From Basidiobolus meristosporus CBS 931.73 (taxonomy: Eukaryota; Fungi; Basidiobolomycota), in contig MCFE01000019.1 of assembly GCA_002104905.1 (NCBI GenBank), positions 124,001 through 188,000 of the forward strand: a DNA stretch of 64,000 nt, given 5' to 3'. A program made the translations under genes and the position numbers. The notes under the pieces were generated by a model. The model made no database searches. It had not been told where the DNA came from and saw only the letters and a list, made by a program, of their open reading frames with translations. Below, piece after piece: positions 37,502-47,876 of this stretch (its first letter is position 1; each line of letters starts with the position of its first letter).

Positions 37502-40500
37502 TTATACAGCAGATGCGACCATACCACCATACATGTCTTCAAGATCAAGCTTGGGATCTCCTATCAGTTTCAACCCGAACTTATCAGATAGAATCTTCAC
37601 CGCACTAGGTCTCAAGAAGGCAGGCAGTTGTGGACCGACTCTGATGTTCTGGATGCCGAGGGAAAGTAACGAAAGAAGGACAACCACAGCCTTCTGTTCA
37701 AACCAAGATAAAACGATGGACAATGGAAGATCATGGATGGTACAGTTCAACGCTTCTGCGAGTGCTGAGGCGATTTGAATTGCGGAGTAAGCGTCGTTAC
37801 ATTGGCCCATATCGAGCAATCTGGGAATGCCAGAGTCTCCAATGGTCTTCCATTCCAGCGAATTGATTCGGAATTTGCCACACCCAGAGGTAAGAACCAC
37901 TGCACTCTCTGGTAACATCTTGGCCAGGTCAGTATAATAGCTACGCTCTCCCTCGTAGCCATCACATCCTCCGATAACAAACACCCTGCTGATATCTCCG
38001 GTTTCAAGGGCCTTCAAGACTGTGGGAGCTACGTTCAAAACAGCTTCAGAGCTGAAACCAACTTGATAACTATCGGTAATCGGGGTGAAACTACTGGGGG
38101 GATATTCAAATTCCGGAGTGTCCTCATTGAAACCAGGTGAGTCCAAGGCTACTTTGATAACAGCGCTATAATCAAGGTCATCGCCGACATGTGGAATGTT
38201 TGGCCAGCCTACAACACCAACGGTAAACAGTCTGCCCTGATAATCATCTTTAGGTGGGGTCAGGCAATTAGTGGTCATGACAATGGCTCCGGGGAAGTGT
38301 GGGAATTCCACAGATTGTCTTTGCCATGCCACGCCATAGTGGCCTGCCAGGTGTTTGTATTGGCGAAGTTTAGGATAACCATGAGCTGGTAACATCTCAC
38401 CGTGAGTATAGATGTTGATACCTAATCCTTCGGTTTGACGAAGCAACGAGTCCAAGAACATGAAGTCGTGACCAGAAACCAAAATACATTTGCCAGGGCG
38501 TGGCTTGAGAGATACGGTATGTGGTGATTGAGCTCCAAAGGTTTTGTTGGCATTGTGCAAGACATCCATACAAATTAGATTGACTTGGCCGAGTTCCATC
38601 AAGCAAGCCAAGGTCTTGTCCATATCTTTGGAATCCTTAGTGGTCAGGAAGTAAAACGCCTTATGGAGGAATTCGTATATACGACGATCCTCGTGGGCTA
38701 GAACTAGGGCATGGTCAGCGTAGGCACTCAGACCCTTTAGTCCATACACGATCATTTCTTGTAATCCTACCAAGGCATCGTTCTTGGTGGCTCTCATACG
38801 GCTAAGAATACCCACTTCCTTGCCCTTAGAGACAAGCATATCCTCGATGTCACCAACGGCACCAGGTGCATTGTCAAGTACCTCGGAGATACTCTCTGGA
38901 ATTGGGCATTTTTTGGGGCGTATATTCAACCTTTTGCAAATGGCCTGGTACTGTACACTCAACCGCTTTGTGTAATCCCGGCAATCTTGATGGAATTGAA
39001 GGAACCTGTTGCTGTCGAAATTGACATTGGTCAGGGTGGAAAAGGTCGCTTTCAACGAGTAATGGTTCACTTCTGGAAATTCGACCTCAGATACTTCTAC
39101 TTTGTCCGAATGCTCGTTTTGCAATTGGCGTAAGTTATAAGCATACCAAGAGAGACGCTTCAAGCAGGTAATGAGAAGATCTTGAAGAGCCGCTACTTCA
39201 GGAGTCTTACCGCACACGCCAATAGTAGTGCATCCACGTCCTTGGTAAGTTTGCTCGCATTGATAGCAGAACATCTTTGCGTCTTCATATAATGTTGCAG
39301 TGGGTACTTCTTGTCCTTGGGCTTGGCCGCCTCTCTTAAGGATGATGCTTTTAAGCGCATTCTCCTCGTCAACGCTTTTTGCGTAGGCCTCTACCTCCCA
39401 GCGATTTTGCTTTCTCAAGTTGGCGATGATCTCCAAAGATTCCTCGTACGAGACTTGCTTATTGGCTTGCAGGCACTCGCCAATGGTAATCTCCATGGCA
39501 CCTGGGATCAGTCCTCCCAAACCGCAGTACAGGTACATACCATTGTTGTCTAAATAGTCGGTCACCTTTTCTGGGAAGTCCAGCATTCTAACGGCACAGT
39601 TCTTCTTGTGATCACGGGACGCAGCATCAATCACCTCTACCAGGCCCTTGCGAGTAAAGTTATCCAGTTCGTCCTTGAAGAGATATTCATGCTCATAATA
39701 TCTCATTCCGTAATAGAGTCTGATACGTGTCATCTCATGCCCTTGCTCAAGCAATACTTCTCGGTGTTGGAGAATGGAACGGAACACACCAATGCCGCTA
39801 CCAAGTGCTACACCCAAGATGGGGGTATCAAGGCGCTCAGGAAGGTGGACCAAACCGGCGTGGATCTTCAAGAAAACATAGGGATCGGCGACATCGGGGG
39901 ATTTCTTAGAAAGATAAGTCGAGGTTAAACCTTGGAACCTGCCGCCAGTTTCAGTTGCCCATTCTTCGACGAAGAAAACGATATCAATCTTGTCTTTGGA
40001 AACAAGTGGAGATGAGGCAATGGAGTAGTATCTACTGGAGATTTTAGGGATGTTGCTAATGAATTGCTCCAAGGAGATCTTGACGGATGGGTAACGCTCA
40101 AGTACATCCACTACACTGAATACTGTTGATGTTGAGAGTTTCATATACATGTTCCCGGCCAGCATGTCTGAGGCTAAACTTTCAAGTGCCTCTTGCTCAT
40201 TAATATCCGAGGCTAAACAGCTGAATCCTTCGACAAGAGCTCTACTGGGGATCGAGCTGATGTCCAAGTAATTCTTTAGTAACTGACGGATGGTCACTAT
40301 AGTTGGTAATGCCACTGAATCGTCCATGGGTTGAATCTCCACCACCATATCTAAATCAACATCCAGCCGTCTGGCAGCTCTCACCACCAATTCGTCGGGG
40401 TTTTCTGGGAACACCTGAACGTGACCGGCAACTTGATACTCCTGATTTGTTTGGCTGATATCGAATGTTACCATGCATCCGGTTCTTTCGTAATCGGGAG

Positions 40501-41095
40501 AGGTAAGTCGCTTATTGGACACAACAGGAACTTTGATGTAGCCTTCATGGTTCACCTCGGGTACTGTACGGTTGGATTGTTGAATTTGAACAGAAACCGG
40601 TAGAGTCATCTTCACATCCGAGCCGGTCAATTTCGTCCAAAAGGCTTTTAACCAGGGACGAAAAGCCGTTTCGTGACCATTTGGATCGTACTCATCGCCC
40701 ATTCCAACAGGCATGATGTTAAAACCGCCAAGTTCACTCATCCGTTGATCCAACAGCTTGGCAGCCTTGTTGAAATTCTCCTGTAATGTTCGGTTTCCCA
40801 GTCCGAAGACAGCATATCTAGTGTGGCGGAATAGATTGGGGGAATGGTCCTGGCGCTTCAGATAGGACCAGAGAGAAGCGGCAGAGTCGGGAAATTCACC
40901 GTTGTAGAATGTGCTTGACAAAAATACAATGAGAGGCTCCGTTGGAAGGCTCTCATGCGCAACTTCATCCATACGGGCTAATCTGACATCGAAGCTGCGA
41001 ATCTTGGCGAAAGTCTGAACAATCTTGGCATAGCTCTCGGTAGTTCCGGTCTGAGTACCGTAGAGAATTAGCATGCGCGGCTTTTCGGACAACAT
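37502..41095 (-). CDS. hcp: Flavodoxin-FAD/NAD(P)H reductase :: hybrid cluster protein (Hcp/prismane) fusion, 1197 aa, intronless
   Basis: aa ~8-155 flavodoxin (LYGTQTGTTE, STFYNGEFPD, YAVFGLGN). aa ~185-571 FAD/NAD(P)H module (RYYSIASSP, GLTSTYL, LGSGIGVFRS, LYYGMR, YCG). aa 608-1197 Hcp (MFCYQCEQTYQGRGCTTIGVCGK, SGHD, THGEMLPAH, TTNC, GGCDG, SGCGK, GQCND, SWFEQKA). One stop-free frame throughout. Confidence 0.95.
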   Translation of the reverse strand: MLSEKPRMLILYGTQTGTTESYAKIVQTFAKIRSFDVRLARMDEVAHESLPTEPLIVFLSSTFYNGEFPDSAASLWSYLKRQDHSPNLFRHTRYAVFGLGNRTLQENFNKAAKLLDQRMSELGGFNIMPVGMGDEYDPNGHETAFRPWLKAFWTKLTGSDVKMTLPVSVQIQQSNRTVPEVNHEGYIKVPVVSNKRLTSPDYERTGCMVTFDISQTNQEYQVAGHVQVFPENPDELVVRAARRLDVDLDMVVEIQPMDDSVALPTIVTIRQLLKNYLDISSIPSRALVEGFSCLASDINEQEALESLASDMLAGNMYMKLSTSTVFSVVDVLERYPSVKISLEQFISNIPKISSRYYSIASSPLVSKDKIDIVFFVEEWATETGGRFQGLTSTYLSKKSPDVADPYVFLKIHAGLVHLPERLDTPILGVALGSGIGVFRSILQHREVLLEQGHEMTRIRLYYGMRYYEHEYLFKDELDNFTRKGLVEVIDAASRDHKKNCAVRMLDFPEKVTDYLDNNGMYLYCGLGGLIPGAMEITIGECLQANKQVSYEESLEIIANLRKQNRWEVEAYAKSVDEENALKSIILKRGGQAQGQEVPTATLYEDAKMFCYQCEQTYQGRGCTTIGVCGKTPEVAALQDLLITCLKRLSWYAYNLRQLQNEHSDKVEVSEVEFPEVNHYSLKATFSTLTNVNFDSNRFLQFHQDCRDYTKRLSVQYQAICKRLNIRPKKCPIPESISEVLDNAPGAVGDIEDMLVSKGKEVGILSRMRATKNDALVGLQEMIVYGLKGLSAYADHALVLAHEDRRIYEFLHKAFYFLTTKDSKDMDKTLACLMELGQVNLICMDVLHNANKTFGAQSPHTVSLKPRPGKCILVSGHDFMFLDSLLRQTEGLGINIYTHGEMLPAHGYPKLRQYKHLAGHYGVAWQRQSVEFPHFPGAIVMTTNCLTPPKDDYQGRLFTVGVVGWPNIPHVGDDLDYSAVIKVALDSPGFNEDTPEFEYPPSSFTPITDSYQVGFSSEAVLNVAPTVLKALETGDISRVFVIGGCDGYEGERSYYTDLAKMLPESAVVLTSGCGKFRINSLEWKTIGDSGIPRLLDMGQCNDAYSAIQIASALAEALNCTIHDLPLSIVLSWFEQKAVVVLLSLLSLGIQNIRVGPQLPAFLRPSAVKILSDKFGLKLIGDPKLDLEDMYGGMVASAV

Positions 41096-42556
41096 TCTAG
41101 ATAGTTGAGCAACACTTCAAAAGGCTTGGTAATCACCTTGGTGAAAACCGAGGTATTTATTTCCCAAGCTACGCTAGTCTAGGCTGCTAATGGAACTCTT
41201 ACAATCGGCAAACATCTCAAGATTCCCATATGAGGTCAGTTTGTAATCTGCACCTAATACGATACAGATTTTATATTCATTCAATAAAGTTTACGATACA
41301 AATAGACAATTCAAATAATGATTTAGTAGTTCTTGATTTGTGATTTTGCTCTTTATAGATATTGATGCGCTTACAATATTACGAAAGTGACCAAAGCCAT
41401 GCTCTCCATTATTGCGGGGCCTAACTGGTAGAAAGGTATCAGCGAGAGATGGCGGAGCATTTGGAAAGCCTTCCAACAGGCACCTAGTGGACCAATCAGA
41501 ACTCAGGAGCAGACGCGCTCCAAAGATATGCACGTATTAATATAACCGCACCACCCTTCACGGAAACAAAACAAACTATTCTCCATCCATGAGGTTTAAG
41601 ACATTGCAAGATCAAACACGGGCAGTACTTTGGCAGGAACATCCATGATTTAATCGTCGATTGGAATCGTAACCACAAGAAATATTGGTTGGAGACAAAA
41701 TACAAATCCACACAAAAAGGTAAGCCTCACGGTTCAACAATTCCATCACAACATTCACTCATTTTAAGGGAGGTTCAGTGTAAAATCAACTCCTATTTAG
41801 CGTTGTCAACTTAAAGAAATGCCTGGAGTATCACGACTTGCTTGTCGCATTCAATGGGCCCGAGGACTGTTAGGCGCGTTTTTGTTGGTGGATCGACACT
41901 AGGGTTCGGGTAGCGTCCGCGGAGAATGGAATGATCCATATGAATGACTCGGAATGGGTTTGATGCATAATCAAATCAAATCCAGCCCACCCATGATCAT
42001 CAACTAGTGGGAATGGCGGTGATCGAAACTGCCTGGTCTAATGGTAAAAATAGTGTAAAACTAGTCAGCAGTACGTTTATATCGTATTGCTCAAGGATCT
42101 CAGAATTTCGGAAGAAGTTAGAGCAACACTGGCTGATTGTGTTCAAGTGTCCTGACAAAATACAAATGATCCGTTTGATCAGATGAATCCAAGTTTCACT
42201 CAACCTAGTTAAATTAAACTCACCTGTAGGAGCTCATATTTCTTTTAACGTAAACCGAGGCAACCATACCACATAATAGATTCGCGTGTCGATCAACACC
42301 GCATGGGAAACCTCAGAATTCATTAGGTAGTGATTCACAAGAGTAGACACATTGGAGGTTGAGAAACACCATTAGAAACACCCAAGTCAGAAAACCAGCT
42401 GCGCAATAGCTCTATACCTGTGTGCACTTTGCCTTAGCCAGATATTCAATCGAAAGGATGCGGATTGTGTATATAAGAAGGCTGGGAGGCTACCGTCTAC
42501 TCGCCAATACTCCACCAACAAAGCTCTAGGACCCATTTCATCCCAGAACTTCTTGA

Positions 42557-43763
42557 ATGATGAACATCAACCCGATGCCAGCACTCGGCAGTGTGAACAC
42601 CCAGATTCCCCAGCACAAGGAGGTCTCAGTATTTGTTCGCAAGCTGTATAGGTTGGTTGACTTACTTCTTCCGTGAACGATTCTGGACTGTCGCGAGCCC
42701 TTGGCTAACTCCTTGGCAATTCTTTAGAATGCTTGAAAACGACAAACACGCAGAACACATCCGTTGGAACTCCTCGGGCACCAGCTTTGTCATCCCTGAT
42801 GGCCCGTTACTCGCGGCCGTTGTGCTACCCCAATACTTCAAAGCCTCCACATTCTCTTCCTTTGTTCGCCAACTCAACGTAAGTGCCATGGAAGCGCAGC
42901 GACGATCTTCGATCTGCCCAGACACCAACCGCGTGTAACACTAGATTAATCACTCGTGAAATTTCTAGAATTACGAGTTCCGCCGTATCTCTGATGCTCG
43001 CAAAGCCAAAAATCCCACCAGCCAATTGGCCTCCGTATTTACCCACCGTAACTTCCAACGCGGGAAATACAATCAATTGCACCTGATCAAAAGATCTGTC
43101 AATCGGACCACAAGATTCAAGTCCAAGAGCCATTGTCAGGATGCAGACAGCGACGAGAAAGCGTTCATCCCACAGCTGATTAGCGGAGTAGACTGCAGCT
43201 CCAGCGAGAGTGAGGATTTGAGGGATGTGAAAGATCTAGGTAAGCAAGCAGAGAGGGGCCTATTGAATCCAATTACTCTTAGTAACATGGGAATTTCTAC
43301 TATAGCCGAGAGTCCGACACAGGCTTGTTCGGATTGTCAGAGCCTGCGCATGGAGGTACAGGTTTTAAGACAGAGATTACGTAGCTACGAAGACATATTT
43401 TCTGTCAATGCCGAGCAGCGTGCCTCCATCCAGCCATTGAACAACGATAAGCTCCCACTTGTCGCCCATCAACCAGAGCACCCGGTTATCAAAACCGAGG
43501 AATGGACATTAGACACATCTAGTCAAGAATTCGAGATCTTTTCCAGGTTGTCGTGGATGTACGACCTGGAGAGCCCAACGCAAACGTCCTCATTGCTCAC
43601 CTCTCTGTACGATGCGGACATTTCTCAGAACCATTCCTGGTGTGATAGCTCATATGATATTGGCCAACCAGCCAGCAACTGGGACATGGCACTGAGAATC
43701 GAAGATCGGAAGCGCCTCGACGCAGTCCAAATCACCAATAGCCTCCTGTTTCATGATGTATGA
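42557..43763 (+). CDS. HSF-type DNA-binding domain transcription factor (2 introns: ~42651-42727, 42879-42968)
   Basis: Spliced: FVRKLYR|MLENDKHAEHIRWNSSGTSFVI...VLPQYFKASTFSSFVRQLN|NYEFRRI...FTHRNFQRG...LHLIKR is an HSF DBD. A short coiled coil follows (LRMEVQVLRQRL); no receiver domain seen. Confidence 0.9.
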
Positions 43764-46631
43764 TCCTACTTTGTTCTTACACTTGATAATCTGTATATAT
43801 TCGCTGTTCATTTGTATAAAGCATGGTTTGTTCATACAAAGACCGATCGTACCAAGTGATTGTGTGGCAGGGGTGGACTGAAACGGGTTCTGAGATGAGA
43901 GATTAAGATGGTCCACCGAGCCTTTATTCCAATGCTCATTATTCTCTCCACAATGAACTTGCCAGCATCCGTGATTCAAGGACAAGGGATCTAACGCGGA
44001 TCTACGGGCCAGAGTGATCTCAGCCTGTAATTGCATCAACGTATCTTCGTGTCACCCTTTCGAACAATCGTTGAAATGAACAGCCCAATCCTCAAGAGCA
44101 AATCAGGCCAATCACAGAGAACCAGATGGACGAAGATCCAATGAGATTTATCACATTGATCGAGTTTCGTCGACTCTTTGTCGCCACTGAATAGGTAAAT
44201 GTCCAGAGCAGGTGGATTCAGTGGAAACGAGATATGAAGATTCACAGTACATTTGACTCGTGTCCCCGCCCTCACCCCGCCCCGCCCCGCTGCATCCAGT
44301 GAATCAATCTCCATGTCAATCGTCATATCACCGGTTTCAGTCGAATTCATGAAGCTCGCCTGGCACCGTCGAACTAGCATTCATTTCGAAGCCAGGTTCT
44401 TTGTAATACATCGCATGGATTAGCGGGAAAGCGGACACCAGTTGAAAATGCTTCCAAGAAGTCCAGGAAATTCAATTTACTCTCCCCGCCAACCTGATAA
44501 ATGACAGGATTCAAACCGGAGTTGACTGCAGCCTTCTAATAATCTGAGATGGTTGAAATCGGTGCCTACATCCTCACTGTTCAAGCACTTGATATGAGCG
44601 TCGGATATTCATTTGCTGCTGGGGGTGGCCTGATAGCCAAGACCACCTGCACTAAAGATGGAAAATCATCTGAGAATCAATCGCCGGGTAGTATCTTCTG
44701 GAGATCAATGACTGACGTGATCTAGGGAGACCTGTTTCCTGTATCGTTGAGTTTATTTGGGATTTATTTAAAGCCAAGTCGGCATTGGCTTCGCGTCATC
44801 CGAACCAAGACCATTGAACGGCTCGATGATTGGCTATAGTTGCATTCAGCAATTGTGCATGCATTTTTTATTTTCGTAATTTTCGGGTGCAAGTATAATT
44901 TAAACCTGGATCATTGTTAAGCAAGGGAACGCTCTCCCACTTCGGAGGCGCCAGCTATATGCGTGGCAAACAACCCTTCGCAGCCATAAATTTCGACGGG
45001 CATTTAAACATCTCAGGAGGAAGCCACAATACCCCATTTTCGCACCATCGGACCCTCGAATCCCGGACAACTTGCATTGGCCATCTCACTTGGGGCTACT
45101 GCCTCACCCTATAAGTTACCACCCGACATAATGCTATTATTAGTACCTGAGGTAGAGGCGACCTTGCGGATGAGAGCACGATCGAATTAGAGTGACCCCA
45201 GACTCGGATGAAACAATAGAATTATCCATGTGGTGGTAAACGGTCTCGAGTTAAAGCTACCGCTGTAAATCTACCTCAGCATACAGTGATCTCCGTGTAT
45301 ATCATTGAATACTCTCGAGACGGCGTAAAAAATGGGCAGCTTTCCTTTTGCTTGGTACTGATGCGGATAGATATGTTGCCCTTACTGATGCGCGCTCCTC
45401 CTGGATGTGAGAAAAGAGTATGCATATACACACTAATCAGGATCGTATTTTAGTTCAGAAAAAAACCCTGAATTCAATAACTTCATTCAAAAAACTAGCA
45501 CGCCACTAAAAAGTAGCGTTCTATGGCGGCCACCATGTTTATTAGATCCACATGTTTGTCATAGCATTTGGAATTCAGCTACCGTTGTTTCAAAAGATGT
45601 GAACATAGGTCTGATCGGGATTGAAGGCCTACTGGAGATACACCATTTGTATAACACCGAAATTATAAGACTATTCCGGCTTTCATGAAAACTGAGTACT
45701 CTAAGAGACAGCCGGTTTAAAGATTGGGACCATGTTATTATTATAATCTTTACATGAAATAGGAATGGAGCCACGATCATCATATCATGAAGAACAGGAT
45801 CAATCGAACCGTACTCCTGGTTATTTGTTTACTTCACAGATATGAATCTGTCCCATACTTAAGACACTCGACCTGAGGATTTCCCCAGTTACCATCAATT
45901 TGTTTCAAAAGGAAGTGTAAACATTGACCCGGCCTACTTTTAGAAACCGAAGCTCAGAGGCCACAGGGTCAGCATTAGTTGGTATTAACTGCAGGACATT
46001 TTGGTATCAGGTAATGTTGTTTGTCAACTTGATTTATACCACACCTGATGATTAATCACTGGTATTTTACCGATCGCCCCAAAATCTACAAAGATCAGTC
46101 AAGTAAGCAGCCATTACACCTGGCTGCATTCCAAAGCGAATAAACAGTGTACATTATGACTCGTAGCGTATACAAGCGGTGCCATATTTTGCCAGGACGA
46201 ACCAAATTTGGTAGTTCGAAGAACTAGTGACAGACATGTGTGTAGAGAAATCAACAAAATGATTTGATTTGGAAAGTTTGCGTACTCAACGCTTCCGATG
46301 ATACTGAGCCTAAAAACCTAAAGAAGAAAGGCTCAATGCTCACCCAATAGATCCCAGGCATCTTTCATCCCCGTATTACAAAAGAGCTCCAAATTGGGGC
46401 AACGAAGCCTATGTGAGAATAATATGCTGGAAAAATAACTGGAAAAAGAACTTCATGTAACATTATAGAGGCTTAACCCTTGAAATATGCTTATTATCAG
46501 GACTGCCAGTGTTCGAATTAACAAAATTCGATCCCCAGATAAAGATCCGAATGTTGAAGGATAGAAGGCATTCTTATATAAATTCAAATTTCATCAGAGA
46601 GAAATATCTCAATATTATCTCGCAAACAAAC

Positions 46632-47876
46632 ATGGCTCAAGGAAAGGTTTTACTAGCTTACTCTGGTGGTCTTGACACCTCATGTATCCTCGTCTGGCTC
46701 ATTGAACAGGGCTATGAAGTCCTCGCTTACCTTGCCAATGTCGGCCAAGAGGAAGATTTCGAAGCCGCTCGCGAGAAGGCACTCAAGATCGGTGCCTCCA
46801 AAGTATTCATCGAAGACTTGAGACGCGAGTTCGTCGAGGAACTCATTTATCCCGCCGTCCAAGCGAACACTATCTACGAAGGTGTCTACCTACTGGGTAC
46901 CTCACTTGCCCGTCCAGTCATTGCCCGTCGTCAGATCGAACTTGCCAAGCAAGAGGGCTGCACCCATGTGTCACACGGGTGTACCGGAAAGGGGAATGAC
47001 CAAGTCCGGTTCGAACTTGCTTACTATGCTCTCCAACCTGACATCAAGGTCATTGCTCCTTGGAGAATCCCCGAGTTCTTCACCCGATTCCCAGGCCGTG
47101 CCAGTCTACTGGATTATGCCGCCGAAAAGGGTATCCCGGTCGTCCAGACCGCCTCCAAGCCTTGGTCTACCGATGAGAACTTGTTCCACATCTCCTACGA
47201 AGCTGGCATCCTCGAAGATCCTAGCATCACTCCACCCAGGGATATGTGGAAGCTTACAGTCGATCCTGAGGATGCTCCCAATACTCCCGAGAGAATCTCC
47301 ATCAAGTTCGAGAAGGGTAAGCCAATCGAGGTGAAGAACCATAATGACAGCACAGTGGTCACCGATGCCCTTGAGCTCTTCACCTACCTCAATACACTTG
47401 GCCGCCGTAATGGCATCGGCCGTATTGACATTGTTGAGAATCGCTTCATTGGGATCAAGAGTCGTGGCTGCTACGAGACCCCTGGTGGCACCATTCTTCG
47501 CACAGCTCATGTGGACTTGGAGGGCCTGACCTTGGATCGTCAAGTCAGGGCCTTCCGCGACGAGAGCGTTACCCCAGCTCTCTCTAACCTTCTCTACAAT
47601 GGGATGTACTTCTCTCCTGAGAGTACATACCTTCTCTCTACGGTGGCTGCCTCCCAAGTGTCAGTCAATGGCGTTGTCAATCTCAAGCTCTACAAGGGCA
47701 GTGTGACTGTCGAGGGTCGGTATAGCGAGACTGAGAAACTGTATGATATGGAGGAAAGCTCAATGGATGTTCAAGGAGGATTCAGCCCCGAAGACTCGGA
47801 AGGCTTCATTAAGATCCAAAGCATCCGTCTCAAGAAGTTTGGTCAGTCAGTTGCCCGCAATGGTGGCAGATTTTAA
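46632..47876 (+). CDS. ARG1: Argininosuccinate synthase, intronless
   Basis: AYSGGLDTS, YLLGTSLARP, SHGCTGKGNDQVRFE, STDENLFHISYEAG, ENRFIGIKSRGCYETPG. Confidence 0.98.
   Translation: MAQGKVLLAYSGGLDTSCILVWLIEQGYEVLAYLANVGQEEDFEAAREKALKIGASKVFIEDLRREFVEELIYPAVQANTIYEGVYLLGTSLARPVIARRQIELAKQEGCTHVSHGCTGKGNDQVRFELAYYALQPDIKVIAPWRIPEFFTRFPGRASLLDYAAEKGIPVVQTASKPWSTDENLFHISYEAGILEDPSITPPRDMWKLTVDPEDAPNTPERISIKFEKGKPIEVKNHNDSTVVTDALELFTYLNTLGRRNGIGRIDIVENRFIGIKSRGCYETPGGTILRTAHVDLEGLTLDRQVRAFRDESVTPALSNLLYNGMYFSPESTYLLSTVAASQVSVNGVVNLKLYKGSVTVEGRYSETEKLYDMEESSMDVQGGFSPEDSEGFIKIQSIRLKKFGQSVARNGGRF

Noticed and set aside
37502-41095. Possibility that the Hcp fusion is bacterial contamination or a chimeric join
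   Set aside because: It is one clean frame, flanked within 165 bp and 1.5 kb by intron-containing fungal genes, with no operon-like neighbours or obvious compositional break. Read-level confirmation is still advisable.
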